From: Catajapyx aquilonaris
Taxonomy: Eukaryota
DNA: 32,217 bases
NCBI GenBank assembly: GCA_000934665.2
Contig: JYFJ02004451.1
Location: forward strand, 1-32,217
Direction of reading: 5' to 3'
Within the stretch, counting starts at the first letter, position 1; every line of letters starts with the position of its first letter. The notes below the pieces were generated by a model. That model had not been told where the DNA came from, did not search any database, and was given only the letters and a program-made list of their open reading frames with translations. The translations under genes and the position numbers were made by a program. Of the stretch, positions 11,601-25,800 are shown one piece after another.

Positions 11601-13871
11601 AGCGAACCGAGTTTTGGGGATCGATGAAGCCAAACCACGGCGGAGCTCCTATTTCACGCCTGGGACATCCCATGCCATTAGGATAATGAAGGTGTCAAAG
11701 GAGTGCACGAGCAGGAAGCCCCGAATTTACGGGTTTTCCACCACTAGTCCAAGTACCATCACAACCTGTGCTTCGACTCGACCAATTCGGCCGCTGCCAT
11801 TTTATCGCGTCCTCTTATAAAGAAGAAGTCGTAATCGAACGCCCGCCAGCATTCAAAACAGGCAGAACTCGGGCTTGAACTTCATAATAGTATCTCGACC
11901 AGACATCATCTCATGAGAGTGTGATTGTGTCCTCCTCCCCACCTTCCCATGTAAAGTACATAAAGTCTTCCTAAACTCAGCTCAGATCAGTATCGATGTA
12001 AATTCAGAGTCACGTTGGCATTCCTGTAAAGGAGTAGCTCAGTCTGCATGCTCGGAGCGGTAAGTCCAACATGCTTTTCAACCAAGATGCCAACTTGACT
12101 CAGGAGGCCCTCAGGATTTCCACCGATACGGATCTCTGCTTCCTTCTACAATGCTCTACTGAACAGAGTGTTCCAATAATATATAGGGTACACTACAGAA
12201 ATTCTGAATTTATCTGATTACCACAAGCAGAAAATATTTATTTACTTTCAGCAGTTGTTTAGAAAACTGCTCTTCACTTATGCTTACCCTCTTCTTGTGG
12301 GGGCCAAAAATCAATGTTAATTTTTTGAAAAGCAATCTTAGACGTCCTATGCACAAGTAAGAAACACATGGTCCTTGAAATGACGAACCATGGTGTCCAA
12401 ATATTCTATTTGTCAAACCTTCCTCTTCATGCGGTTTTCAGGCCAAATATTAGCTACTAATATATTAAATATAATTATATAATTATCGCACTACGTGGAA
12501 TGAGGTATTCAGACGCCCACGTGGTCGAAAATATTTTCCTCGCCATAGATCTTTAGGCCCCTCGAGAAGACGGGTAGCATAAGGCAAAGATCACAGTAGT
12601 TATTTGAACCTCTACAAGTGACCTAATATTTTTATGCTTACTGGAAAACAGTAGTGCTCCTTCCTGCTTGGATCACTGAGTGTAAAGAGAAGGTGAGGTG
12701 ATCACGCCGTCAGACTTCTCCGGGAAAGATATTACACGGGAAGCCCTGGAATTTGCTGATCTTTTTTCACACAGACCAGCCTAAAAAACAATCTGGGCAC
12801 GATTAATACATATAAAACATCTAATTTACCACTCTATAGGATGAAACAATGACCTGACAGGAATATTGGGCTCATAAGCATGCATTCGATCAATTTCAGG
12901 TGTTATATATGCACTGCACATTCTTAAATCCGAATATATATTTCATATGAAACTTACCTTTGTAAAAGATTAAACTGAAGATTTAAGTCAATGCAAGGCT
13001 GAGGCAAAATACACACCGTCACAAGAACTAGTTGATGAAGTTTCGTACCACTCGAGGGCGTCAGTGGATAGTGACTTCATTTATTTAGGCTTCTCTCATT
13101 CTACTGTGAGGTCGTGAGTTTTCCACAGTTCGGGCAATGATGGATTTCATATGAAAGGAGCTTTATGTTTCGCCCGTTCTTGCGTGTGGTTTCTCGGCTT
13201 CTTCCGTTTCCTTCACTCTGAAAATCTTTCAATTATGCGATTATAATTATAATAACAAAATTGAGAAATAATACCAAAATACCTAAGATGTCCTGTTAAA
13301 TAATATAGGTCAACACATTTTTTGTTCTTGGGGAATAACCGTATTTTCCTGATTGCTTATATCTGACTAGTATATTATAGTCTCATTCGCCTAAGACTTT
13401 GAGTCTGTGACGAGGATACAGTCATTTTGAAATTTGTCGAAACCTTATGAGATTATCAATGATTTTCATTATACTTGATTACGTCATAAACAACTCCAAA
13501 TGACCCATGAATTTATACCACAATAATTTAGACATTTAGAAGTGGCTGGTATACTGGATTATACTGTCAATTTCCCGGACAGCCGTCCCATCGTGTTTTC
13601 CTTGTATTTTGACTGCCCCATGTCAAACTTAAAGTCCACACTGAATGAAAGGTGATCATGAGTTACATGACCTAAGTAACAAGGAAGTTAGTAGCAATGA
13701 ATTCCCAGGAACGAAGAAAGGAGTCGACCTGTGTAATAATAATAAAAGAGTGGAACGCCATGCGGTTATCCTGTGCATCCCGCTTCCTGTTATAGAAGAG
13801 AGATGCTTTGGTGGCCCTGAATATCCAGGATAAACCACAGTTCGCGCAACGCAATGTTCTCAATACGCGGG

Positions 13872-13902
13872 TAATAATAATAAATAATAATAAATAATAA
13901 TA

Positions 13903-13974
<72 letters not shown>

Positions 13975-13980
13975 CATAAT
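13872..13980. repeat. (AAT)n microsatellite, possibly the tail of a retroposon
   Basis: Directly visible; source of the spurious poly-Ile ORF 13672..13977. Confidence 0.97.
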
Positions 13981-16900
13981 ACCATTTTTACGACTACCGA
14001 GGTTCTAGGAGAACAACCCATAACAACACTAAACAGATGTTTGTTTGTAATATTTAATTAACATTGCTTTAAAATACATCTAAATGCAACACGCGAATAT
14101 ATAACAATTGCTCTCAATTTTTTACTTTGTCATATTAGAAGTTCAACTTTTCATTTCTGACTTCTCATTTGACATAATGTATTACTTGCTACAAAAACGA
14201 CCTTCTTGATCCCAATGGTAGTGCAGTGTGGTTCCAGATTCAGATATGAGACAATTTGTTGATTATATACATACATGCTGTTACATACATGTACATGTAC
14301 CAGAGGCATGTGGTTCTCTTTAAACACATCTAGATATACAAACAAATTTAAGTCATGTTATTTGTTTGGAAGGAAAAATGCAAAATCTTGCGGAACATCC
14401 ACTATCGACATAAAAGATATCAAATACAAATTTCAACACAGTTATCAGATTTTGTAATCAACACTAGCAAGAATATCAAGTACATTCTAAATAAAACTTG
14501 ATCCTGACCTCATATACCGAGGATGAAAGTTACACAACCATGTAATTAAAAATCAGAGGAAAGGACGTATATCTGTAGACAATTGACTACAATCAATTTG
14601 TACAGAACAGTTTCTACATTTTGTATTTTGTATGCTAAAATGTAGGATGGCAGATACAGTCAGTTAGTAATTAGCAAGAATTGTAACGTCTTTCCTTTAA
14701 CACTGCAGACAACATGGCGTATAAAACACATGTAAAGATCTTTCTTCGTCTCTTTGAACACTCTTTCCTCCACGCGAAAGTCTGTAATACAGCGACATTC
14801 AACTCGTACATAACTGATTACGGAAACTGACACTGACTGCAAATATTTTACACTGTTTGTGGGTCCATGCATTCTCACGGAATTCCCACTTGCAGTTGAA
14901 GTGAACAATGGGAAAGAAAGATCAGAGTGGCCCTGCTGGTCATCTACAGAAATAAATTAAGCAGCTTCAACCGTATTTAGACTACTGGCGTATCAGACCC
15001 GTATATTATACCAACTTGAGCATGTGAAGTCATATGCGTAAACCTTCCTTACGTATACACTAGATAGATCGACACTTCCTATTAGCGATATGAGATATCG
15101 ATATCTGAAGAATACACTGCAAGTAGTGCACCGATATACTCACATCGATATAATGTGTTAGTCGATATAGGTTATGTACAGTAGCACCAACAACAAATTG
15201 CAATCTTCCCTAAGCGTTGCGTTGTCTTCAAAGTCGTACGCGAATAGGCTAAAATCAGGGTTTCGGCTAGAAAATGGCAGGATAATTTTATACGAAATTT
15301 TTTGTCGCTTGAAAATCTTCTGAATTATTCAGAAAGAAACACCAGTACCTTGGCCTCTTTTTTTCCCTTTGGACCCTTCAGTATATAAATAACCGCACAG
15401 TATACCAGGAGTTGTGATTGCCAGCTGCTTAGTAATGCGAGGCAAAGTGAACAAGCAATTTAGGTCAACCTGTATTCTCTTCTCCGAGATATCATCGAGA
15501 ATACAGTTACATTGCCTTGATTTGTTGTTAATACTTTGTCTTCAAGTTGCACATATTAGATTTTCCACAAAAGTGCGACTTCATATAGTCTTCCTGAGAA
15601 ATAGTGAGCATGCTAGCCTGCACCGTCTGGGAAAAGAAGTATAGTTTACATTCAAGTCCATCGATTCAGCAATTTAAAAATATATGTGGCCAACAAAAGA
15701 TTCTGCTGCGCAGGTATGAATGAAAAACATGTTCTACAGGTATGATGACTGTTGAAGATTGGAGGCGTCTTATTCTGCGCCACAAAAGTTCCAATTGGAC
15801 ACTGAAAAGGAGGTGTGCTCTGACGCAAGGTACAGTACGCTAAGGAGATAAATGGGAGAAGCATATACCGGTACTTGTTCGACACATGTTCACCACACTT
15901 ATACATAGAAGTCAATGATGTGCTCTTTGAGACAAGTCTGTTTTAATGGCATATCATACCACGCTAGGCAACAAAATGTGAAAATTGAAGTGCTGTGCTG
16001 TAGGCATGGTGCAACAATCTTCGTCACTGAGCCTTAGTGTCAATCGTTATATTTTACTGCTTGCGTTTCTGTAACTTTGTTAACGTACAGTTGCTTCAGA
16101 TTAATAATAAGTGATTTCATAATGTTATAATTTTTGCATTTAGGAATACTAATGACAAGTTCAGAAGCAACCAGGATGGACAGGCTCATCTCAAGAAGCA
16201 ATTATTGACAGCCATATAATAATTATGGACTTGACGGGTAAATACTGAATGTTGCATATTAACTCTTACAGAGTAGTGTGGCCAGTGACTACCGGTCACT
16301 AAGGTTTCCCATCGCTCGACACAGTAGCAGCATTGATAGTTCAAGTCTTGCTAATATGCTATAATATTGTGTCAGAACACACTTCTTCCTATAGAGCACA
16401 TTGGAGAGACATGGATGTTACATACACTAACTAGACATTCCTCCTGCAAACGTTACACATTTTTTGTTAAAAACTGGTAAAGAACGTTCATTTTCGCGCA
16501 TAGGCTAAGCAACCATAAACTGACGTGAGCCTTTTTAGAAAAAATGGTCATGACAAAAAAGAACGACAGTTTCATATTTCGGTTGGACGAAATATTCTTC
16601 TCTACCAAATTGCACGACCAAAATTAGGCCTACTGTGTATGGTTTTACCACAGGCTTGTATTCCTGATAGTGCATATGAGAACATTGTGGCGAGTGCAAT
16701 GGTTTGACCAGTTTCGAGTAATAGTGTGATTTTAAAGTGTCATTTATTAGTTCATTACCAGTGTAACCTAATACTAATGATGATCAGTGATTTTGTGTCC
16801 GACTCGTTATTAAAATAAAATCATATCTGTATTGAACTTAGAAGCCTTTTTGCCACAAAAAATTGTCGACTTTTGCTGTGACCACTTTTACAAGACAGTT

Positions 16901-18527
16901 ATGACTCGGAAGAGAATAGTATTTTTTGTTGGAAGAATGCCATAACAACCTATCGTCTATCATTAGCATAAGTAACTTAATTAGTGTCTCCACAGTTAAT
17001 TAGAAACAAACTGCAAACGTACAATATGTTCAACAATGTTTGCAGGTTTTTCTACGTAATTATTACATATTTTAAAGATCAGTTGACTCAAGTAGGTATT
17101 ATAAACTAAAACTACAATTTTTCAAGTCCAATTTCTGCTGCTTTCTTTCAATACAAACCAACGTCACCTGTAGTGGCCTACTATAGCGCATTTATATTGT
17201 TATAAATAGAACAAAGTTAACAAATTTTCTAAATCACACTAATATTCAGAAATTGCGTTTATAATTTTAAAATATCCAGCACAACTTGTGATGATGATAA
17301 TAATAATCATAATCATAATCATAATCATAATAATCCTTAGACGCCATATATAATTTTTCATTTGATAAAATATAGATTAATTACGCCACCAACATAAATA
17401 TAAATTTTACCAATAGCAAGTAATGTAACAAGCATTAGCAACGTTACGGACGGAATGTGTTAACACTAAGAACTAATGGCAGCCAAGAACCACACACAGT
17501 TATCTTATAGTGTGCATATCGAAACTGAAAATAAATCAAGCTGAATATAAGCGAACATTACACGAGGACATTCTTTAAAGATCATGATTAACCATGCCAA
17601 CGATGTTGGTAGGCATAAATTTGTAAAAATCTGTCCACAAATTGAATGATGGTTCGTCTGCATCACCGTAAACTTATTGGAGACGAAATGGGTGAGCAAA
17701 TCAGCCGAGGATATGAAAAAAAATCTCATTTCCGACGAACTTTTCTGCTGCCGGATGCACCAATTTCATTTTCGATACCTTTGCAATCCTTCCCTGGCTA
17801 AAGAGTTAAAACCCGATGCCTAGCCTATAGCCTTGTACTCGGTCTCCTCCACACAGACGCAGTGACGAATAACGTAAGCATGACAAATATCATTGTACCT
17901 TTTTTTCAAGATTTTAAAATATGTGTTTAGTAGAAAGTAGCTGGCGCTTACTCTATAGACACAGTAGCCTACTTATTTCAATATTGCCTCTGGATGTTAA
18001 AAGGCTTCAGAAAGGGGTTTGTACACATGTAGGCACACAGGGAGCAATGTCCCTGCTGGTGCACAGTCCAAAATGCCAAGTGAAGGCTCCTCTCAGCTTA
18101 TGACCAATCACGTTGACATTAGAAACGGACAGGGGCCATAGAGAAATAGGAAGTGCGGGAGACCGTTAAGTTTCATTAGGTTATGTGCATTCGTAAATCT
18201 TGTAACCAGGGTATTGAGTGCCTGCGGAAAATCCGAAACCTTAGAGCAATCTGATGTCAGAGGATCCCATCCTTCCAAAGAAGCTACAGCGCCATTTTGG
18301 AAGCGTTAGAAGAGTCCAGATTGGCACTCTCCCACAGTCCTTCTCAACCAAAGCCCCTCCCTGCGCCCTTGATCCCAGAGCAAAGGACCTCATCTTGATC
18401 TCAGGTCGTGATCCGGAGGAGTGTTGCTGGGCGTAGAATGCAGTGTGTTAACATTGATGTATGTACTGTAGATTGTCTTGAGCGAGAAAAGGAGAGAGTC
18501 AAGCTGGTTGTTTGGGTGCTACTGTAG

Positions 18528-18722
18528 CTAGCCGGATGCCACGTTGGGTTTGGCTGTGGCCGTGGCTATTTCGGACAGTCGGATGTCGATAGGTACGCGG
18601 TCGTCGTACAGGGTGGGTGCTTGCAGGATGATGCCAGCCGTTCCCACCAACACGGCCAGTGTGAAGATCCACAGGAACAGACGGTCTAGCACCATGGCTA
18701 CATACTTCCAGTCTTCCTTCAC
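18528..18722 (-). CDS. nAChRalpha3: nAChR alpha last coding exon (TM4 and C-terminus): [64 protein letters not shown]
   Basis: 195 nt, acceptor tttcag, stop TAG at 18530-18528. Confidence 0.96.
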   Translation of the reverse strand: MKEDWKYVAMVLDRLFLWIFTLAVLVGTAGIILQAPTLYDDRVPIDIRLSEIATATAKPNVASG

Positions 18723-21700
18723 CTGAAAGCAATATGTGGAACCACCTGAGCTATTGCTCACATATCCATCGATGCTCCTATATAAATTCATGCTGTCACA
18801 TCTTAAGTAATGATGACATCTAGACAGGGCGTTTCTACAATGCATGCGTTCCTTGAAACTGTGCCATTCAGACGCCGTCGTGGATCGATAATAATTCCTG
18901 ATAAAACTTTTCCGGAAACCGCCATCTAACGGCTTTATAGACTTTCCAAGATGGACTAGATCAACCAAAATGTCAATAGCCATATTTGATTAAGCTGTCC
19001 GACAAAAGCGATAAGTTCTTTTCCATCCAACGTAATGTTCCGATGGTGCAGTTTCTAGGAACACCCTGTATAATAGAAGCTGAGAAGAGAGCAAATATTG
19101 GCCGAGTTATGGCAACTAATATTGTCACTCGAGCAAGTGGTCACAAGGCCACGCAGGCATGTAACAATACTATATAACTTGCTTAGTAACATCTTCCATC
19201 TCTGGTTGAAATATCCAAAAATATTATACTACATAGGCCCTCTATAGCTTAGTTCTTGCGATTGAAAAATGAAACATATAACTAGTGCCAAATTGTGACA
19301 GCTTCAAAGCGTCCACCCATCTGCTAGGTCAGGGGGAAAATGATCCATGATATCACAGAGCCAGACTGCATTTATTCGCTGTATTCTGGTCTTATTATGA
19401 GCCTGTATTTTATTCATGCTCATCATGACATTTTAGACTGCGTAGGTAATTTACTCATTACTTATTAGGCAGTGTAGCGAATAGATTCCAATACTATATT
19501 AATTACTATCAAAATCTACCTCTAGAGATTACTCAAACTCTCGTAGTCTGCAACAATGTTTCGCACTTTTATTCAATAGGCCCACTAACATGGTAGAAAG
19601 GTTTCGTGACATGATCGGACCACTTTGCAAGTTTTAGGGTCTTCAAATGGCACCCGTCATAGCCTGAACCCCCGGCATGGTTCCGTCTGTCCATCTCATG
19701 GTCCTTATTACCTATTTGGGAGGGATATTGCCTCCATTGCCTCCAAATGAAATGCATACCGAGCTGGTAACGACGGGGTTCGAATATTTGATGCCAATAT
19801 TTGTATGCGTTTACTCGAGATGCAACTATGGGGATGGAGTAGGGCCTATATGATGTCACGTTCGTGATCCGAATAACTTGTGTCCACGGATGTTGGCTCG
19901 AGAATGTCAACTTCGGATCACAAGCAGTTATGTGAACACCCCTAGTCATTATTTATTTATTTAGTTAGTTTATTTATTTGACCGCATTGGGAGAGTCAGC
20001 GCTCCATTAAGGGGGAAACTCGGACACCACTGTTGTACTGTACCAATCACTTTTCTATAATTTTTCTTCACACACCGTGCAAGGGAGAAAGGGACATGGG
20101 GAAGGGAATAGGGAATTTTGGGAAGGGGACACAGGTGAAAGTTCAATGTCTCAAACTGGGTCATGTGCAGTCCCCCTGGAGGTCAGGTTTCCAAGACGCC
20201 TCCAATGCGCGAGTCAGAGACCCAACTGACGCAGCCGAAAGGGAAATCCCCGGCGGGGATCAAACCCGGGACCTTTCCATCAGCAAGCCGAGCCGTTACC
20301 ATCTCGGCCACCTCACCTCCCCCACCCCTAGTCATTATTGGAACATGATCCGATCACGAAACATTTGTGGCATGTTAATGGGTCTCTATGTCAAAATAAA
20401 AATGCATTTGGCCTAAGTCTAACAGTTGCAGCCATACAGCCAGTTGCAGCCATACATACCCGTCTCCTCATGGAGACGGGTGCCCGTTGTTATGGATTAA
20501 TGTTCAGATTTTCACATTTCTCATTCATATATGCTCAACTTGCAGGTGCTATAACCATGAAAAAACACACCCTCTGTGGGAAAGGGTGTGACGGTGATGT
20601 CGCTGCCTCTTCTGCTCGTTTTTTCTTGACCTTGCACAGCCATCGATTACATTATAGGGTATCTACTCCGAGGTTACAGCGGAAGTATGGGAGAAAGTTC
20701 CGTAAGAACCAATCAGGAATGTGTAATTGCTGATTCTCGTGGAACATTTGCCCATACCTCGGCCGCACTTGGTTAGACATCCTACATCAGTAGCAATGAG
20801 CAGTATAGCACCATGTTTGAAAGCAGACGGGAAAAGAGTGTAATTCCATAATTAACGTTATAAATCATACTTATCAATGACTGGCCCGCTAACATTTAAT
20901 AGATCCGCCAGAGTTTTAAAATGAACTAAACTGTGCATCATTCACTTTAATTGAAACGCGGCCCGAACTTTTTCATTAAATTACCTTCGCACTTCGAGTT
21001 TGATAATGCTCCAAAATAGCCTCTTATTTTGATCATTGATAGTAATCTAAAGTCCACGGGTGTAAAAGGCAGTGTTCACGTGCGGAAATTTGGAATTGGA
21101 TTTTATCCCCTGCTGCTATCAAGGGAAGTCTTTATGGGGATTAAGGTGGCCGCAGAGTTCCCTAAAGCCTCAGATGTGTTTCTGAACTCGAAATCTCTCG
21201 CACTCCTGGATGCGTTCCCAAAGCAGCATCGATTGTAAGTGACAAGAGGGCTGTTTCACTTACAAGAGCCTGATACTAGTCTGTCAAAATGTTGCCATTT
21301 CCCGTCAGAATGTAAAACCTCTTTTGGAAAATCTCGTCCGTGAAGAGGGCTTCAAATTGGAACAACTCTGGTAGACGACTGAACGAAGGGAGATATAAAC
21401 CTCCTCCCAAGAAAGATTTCAAGCAAAAATCTGATGCTTCTTATAGTACTCAAACTATATTTACATAATATCAATCACTGCTTTTCTGTTCATAATACAC
21501 TGAAGGTGTGTTCAAATTCGAAAGAAGCGTGATTGAGAAGTCAACGGACAAATAGGGTTTGAGAATTGGCTTGTCGCTGTCACTCACTCTTTCGCTACAA
21601 CCTATTCTCGCGAGCTGCGAACACTGTTCATTACAGCGTTCCATTAAATTTATATGGCTAGTATGTACCCTGATCGTATCAACTTGATAGTAGCATCAAA

Positions 21701-22737
21701 TGTCAATATATGTAAGGTCAATTATAATGAGAGCCAACGTGGGAATTCATAATGCTCGAAAATAATTAGATAGCAATCAATTTTACGTGGCTAATTAATT
21801 GCTTTCGCGTTAATTGATACGCGATTTTCAGTCCGGAATGTCAGTTACGTAATATTTGATGTCGAGGTTTAACGGCCAGTGACAGGGTAATTTTGGTATG
21901 TCTGTTTAAGTTCATAGGCATACATAACATATCAAAATGTACTCATGCATTTGCAGCTCATAAAAGTCATGCCTTGACAACCAGCATTCCAGGAAGCTGA
22001 AAAATCAACCATATACTGCATAACTGTCTTCTACAAAGTGGCATGATTATGGAGAAAACCTTGGCATCTATGGGCGATTGTTTTTGTTCCCAGCAGACAT
22101 GCGAAACTTTCTCGATCAAACCCATCAATCGGAAATCCAAGCAGTCATTCAACTCCAGTCTGTAAGCTGCGCTGAGTATATACTGAACCCACTTATTCAG
22201 AATTCACTGTAAGCTCGGTCGTGCAGAGTAAAAAACAAAAAGAGTTCAGATGACATGGCAACAGCGAAAGAACTACTGAAACTACCTGCGATACAGGATG
22301 CTTGTTCAGATAGTTTTATTTCACCGATTGCATTCCATCTTAATGTTCAGCTCAACTAACACCTGTATTTGTATTCAGCAGTCTATAGTGTTTTGTGTCA
22401 TAGGCTGCGATATGGCGGAATTGGATTACAGTAAGGGCCTTACTAATTCAACAGCCTCTCCTTTTTAACAGCAACTCACATCAAAAAGGGCGTCAATTCA
22501 AAATGGAAGTCACCTTGTTTCCGGTAATTGAATTTGCAGCGTGTCGCTTTAGATCACTCTCAGCTGTCAACATCGGCTTCCTTTTCGTTCAGTTTCACTT
22601 TTAGAGATGCATATCATTTTGTTCCTATGCCCCTTAATTACTGTCGTGATTGTGAGACATTGTATTTTGAATTGTAACACAATTCTTTCTGTCCTCCGTA
22701 AGTTAATCAGTGTTCACTGTTGATCTGCCATTGACCC

Positions 22738-22805
<68 letters not shown>

Positions 22806-25800
22806 GCAAACGACAAGCAATCCCCTATCACAGATCGTTGCCATTGAATATCGTCAACTGAGCTCTTTGACAGAAATAGTTAAGACAACTTGACAATTCA
22901 TTTATGAATACAATGGTACCCACACCCACCCTGACTGACTCCTCTTCCCGTCGCGTATGCTCAGCAATGAAGCGTACCCCTTCCATGGCACGCACAACTT
23001 CAGGGCAGTAGTGCCAATGGTTGGGGTTCTTGCAAGCATTGCTGGTTCCTTCTACTTCCAGAAGGAGGTTTTCTTCCGGAAGGGACGGCGGGGGTGGAGG
23101 CGGAGGAACTGCGGGGCCATGGATTTTGCACCCGCCGTTTACTCCAGCTTCAAACTCTCTGAAAAAATGCAGGGCTCATGCACATTGGTCATTAGCTTAA
23201 CCCTCTAGTGATTTTAGAATAGGCTTACATCGCCTAGAAACATAAAACGGCGGACGCGGACGGTTTTTCCTCCAATTTGGGCCATGATACTCGTCAGAAT
23301 GTACAGTACTTTAACCACACACTAATTATTACATTTCATGTGTAGACCTTCCAAATCGTTACAGATATGTGAAATAATGCATGCAAAACATTTCACGCTG
23401 CATCTGCTGCATACAGTGGTCTGCCAGAAATATATTCAAATGCACACAGAGGGAGTAATACACCATTTAATTTCCTTGCACCCCACATGGCATAGGCCAA
23501 CGCATTATTCCGTGTGGCTTTCCATTGGCTGCACTGTGGAAAAATGAGGCCATAAAAAACCGTTTTGATTGTAATATATCAGCCAGCAACTCCACCTCTC
23601 TTTCTCGTTTGCGGATTCCAGCCGGGACGTGGGTTGCATTAGGATAAAGCGAGGTGCAGGTGAACCCAGGCAGTAACCATTGCATTGGCTCGGAAAGAGT
23701 GGCCTCTACTCCCGAGAGTTGTGATTATAGTGAAAATTAGAAGCGATGCGCTGCTTTTCCCCTGATAGCGTGCCACTACATACAATTAGCCTGCCAGGGT
23801 TCAAGTATTTCCGGAAATGTTAGGAACTGTGCGTGTACAGACGAATCTTAACGCTATGCCGCCGGTTGGCCTTCTTAACGTGCAAAATTATTCCTACAGG
23901 AAACCGGGAGAAGCCTTGATAAAGTAGCTGAAATGAGCCTCAGTGTCATACGTTTAATTACCTTCGGATATTAAAAGCTGAATTCAAGCGAGTAAAGGGT
24001 AGCATAAATTGCGCCTATGCAAATGACAAGGGATATACCTCGCTGGGTTCAAGCTGCAATCAAATTACCGTTGTGCACCTGCATGGCTCAGGTGTTTTTA
24101 GCTGGCAAAGCCCGTGGTTTCTACAGCATTTTGACACCCACCGTTTTCAGTCGAGCTTTTTCCATGTTTGCAGAAGATATTTGATAAAATGTAAAATCGT
24201 GAGGCAGAGCAGCCTAGTAATGCAGCTTCTTGTGCAGACAGCGTGTGGCGACTTTACTTTGCATGGACGAGTCTATCCAAAAAAGCGATTGCAAATCGAT
24301 AGAGGATGGAAGCAAAGAAAGTGTCAGGCTAGAGATGCATGCACGCTATAGCACCAATCCCGGACGGAGCGAGTGACTCCGAAGAAAGTGGAAAGAAATA
24401 AAAGAAAAGAAAGTAAAAGGTACAAGAGGCAGTAGTGTATACCTGGGAGAGTAGCTGTCTCTGGATCCTCGCGTGGCTCCCATATCTCCGGCGCAAGAAG
24501 AGAAGGCCTCGCGTAATTCAGACACCGACCGAAAGGACGGGTCTCGCTCGTAGAAATAGGACGAGTCGCGTACTTCGATGCCGTTGCATGTGCGTACCAG
24601 GATGCGTTGAGAGTGGGAACTGCAAGGGTACACCAGAAATAAGCCACGTTATGACATGTTGCCTCTCGGCATGATGTGTAGAACGTAGCTCAAGATTGCA
24701 TCGGAAATGTGGGCGGAAATTACTGCTATTACCAGTCACCAATTAAGTCATAGATACAGGATAAAACATCGATATTCCTGGTTGACGTCCTGGGCCCCGC
24801 GATTGGCTGAGCGATATTCCACTAGGGTGTGACGGGCGCGTCGTTATTGTCCGTGGCTCCTTCTAACTCCTCTCACCCCCTTGTATATACAGTCGGTTAA
24901 AGGATTTTCTTTCCACATGAGGAGATTATTATTAGACTCCAAACTGAGGTGCTGCCTCCCCCTGATGCAATGACTCGCACTCCCCTAGGTAGCACCTCTG
25001 TTGGAGGCTAATAATCCGCCTCATGTGGAAAGGAAATCCTTTAACCGACTGTATAGAGTACTTCACCGGACGGACTTTCTACTTCGTTCGTAACTGATTC
25101 TGGCAGTAACTTCCGTTGACACATCCCTGAAAATTTGAAATTGTTCTATACTTACTTATTATTTCGACGTGATTCCAGTTGATATTGAGGGCGCCGCATA
25201 ACTAGCAGTCGAGGTAGAATGTGGATAAATACTCGTCTTACCCATGGAGCCATGGTGTGTGTTTGCGGGGATCGGAAGTGAACATTGAGCACCACAACTG
25301 TCACACATATACTGTCAAGAAAACAGTGTGAACTATTAGATTTCACTCTATCCTGCTAGAGGCTATTTCGACACGGTAATAATGTACTGCACTTTACCTG
25401 ACTGTGTCTAATATCATAGTGAATAACACGAACTTCCCAAGAAGAGGCACTACTAGACTCGTCGGAGGGATGATTTCGGCAAGCAGCAAGAAGAACACAG
25501 TCAGGGACAGCAAAATAGATATGGACAAGCTCACCTGGAAGCATAAAAGGCATTCAGGTTGAGTTATTCACTCAATATTTTATACATAATAGTTGGCCAA
25601 GTGCACAACTCACTCTAATAAAATTGTAAAATTTGTAAATATCTGGTGGTTTGTTGATTGGCTGGATAGTTCATTGAAATGCTACCGCAGAGCTTTATCG
25701 TCTCCGAACCTGATAAGCACAGCCCAGCAATAGAGGAAGCCGGGAGGGAAGATGTAACTCAATATGTGGAATACATAGTAGAGAAGATAGGGGAAGGAAA

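Noticed and set aside
11081..12071. Possible solo LTR (tgtaa start, TATA-like motif, ...aaca end)
   Set aside because: No target duplication, PBS/PPT or second copy to support it.
13035..13080. Hammerhead-like arrangement on the minus strand (atgaag-TC...CTGACGC...GAAA-cttcat)
   Set aside because: Stem III pairs, but the core deviates from CUGANGA and neither stem I nor stem II can form.
13672..13977. Poly-Ile ORF
   Set aside because: Translation of the (AAT)n microsatellite.
14000..18527. Long nAChR 3' UTR or nested gene
   Set aside because: Plausible UTR, but no poly(A) site can be fixed from sequence alone and the short ORFs resemble nothing recognisable.
18723..18983. N-terminal part of ORF 18528..18983
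   Set aside because: Intronic read-through upstream of the tttcag acceptor, overlapping a MITE; homology begins at VKEDW.
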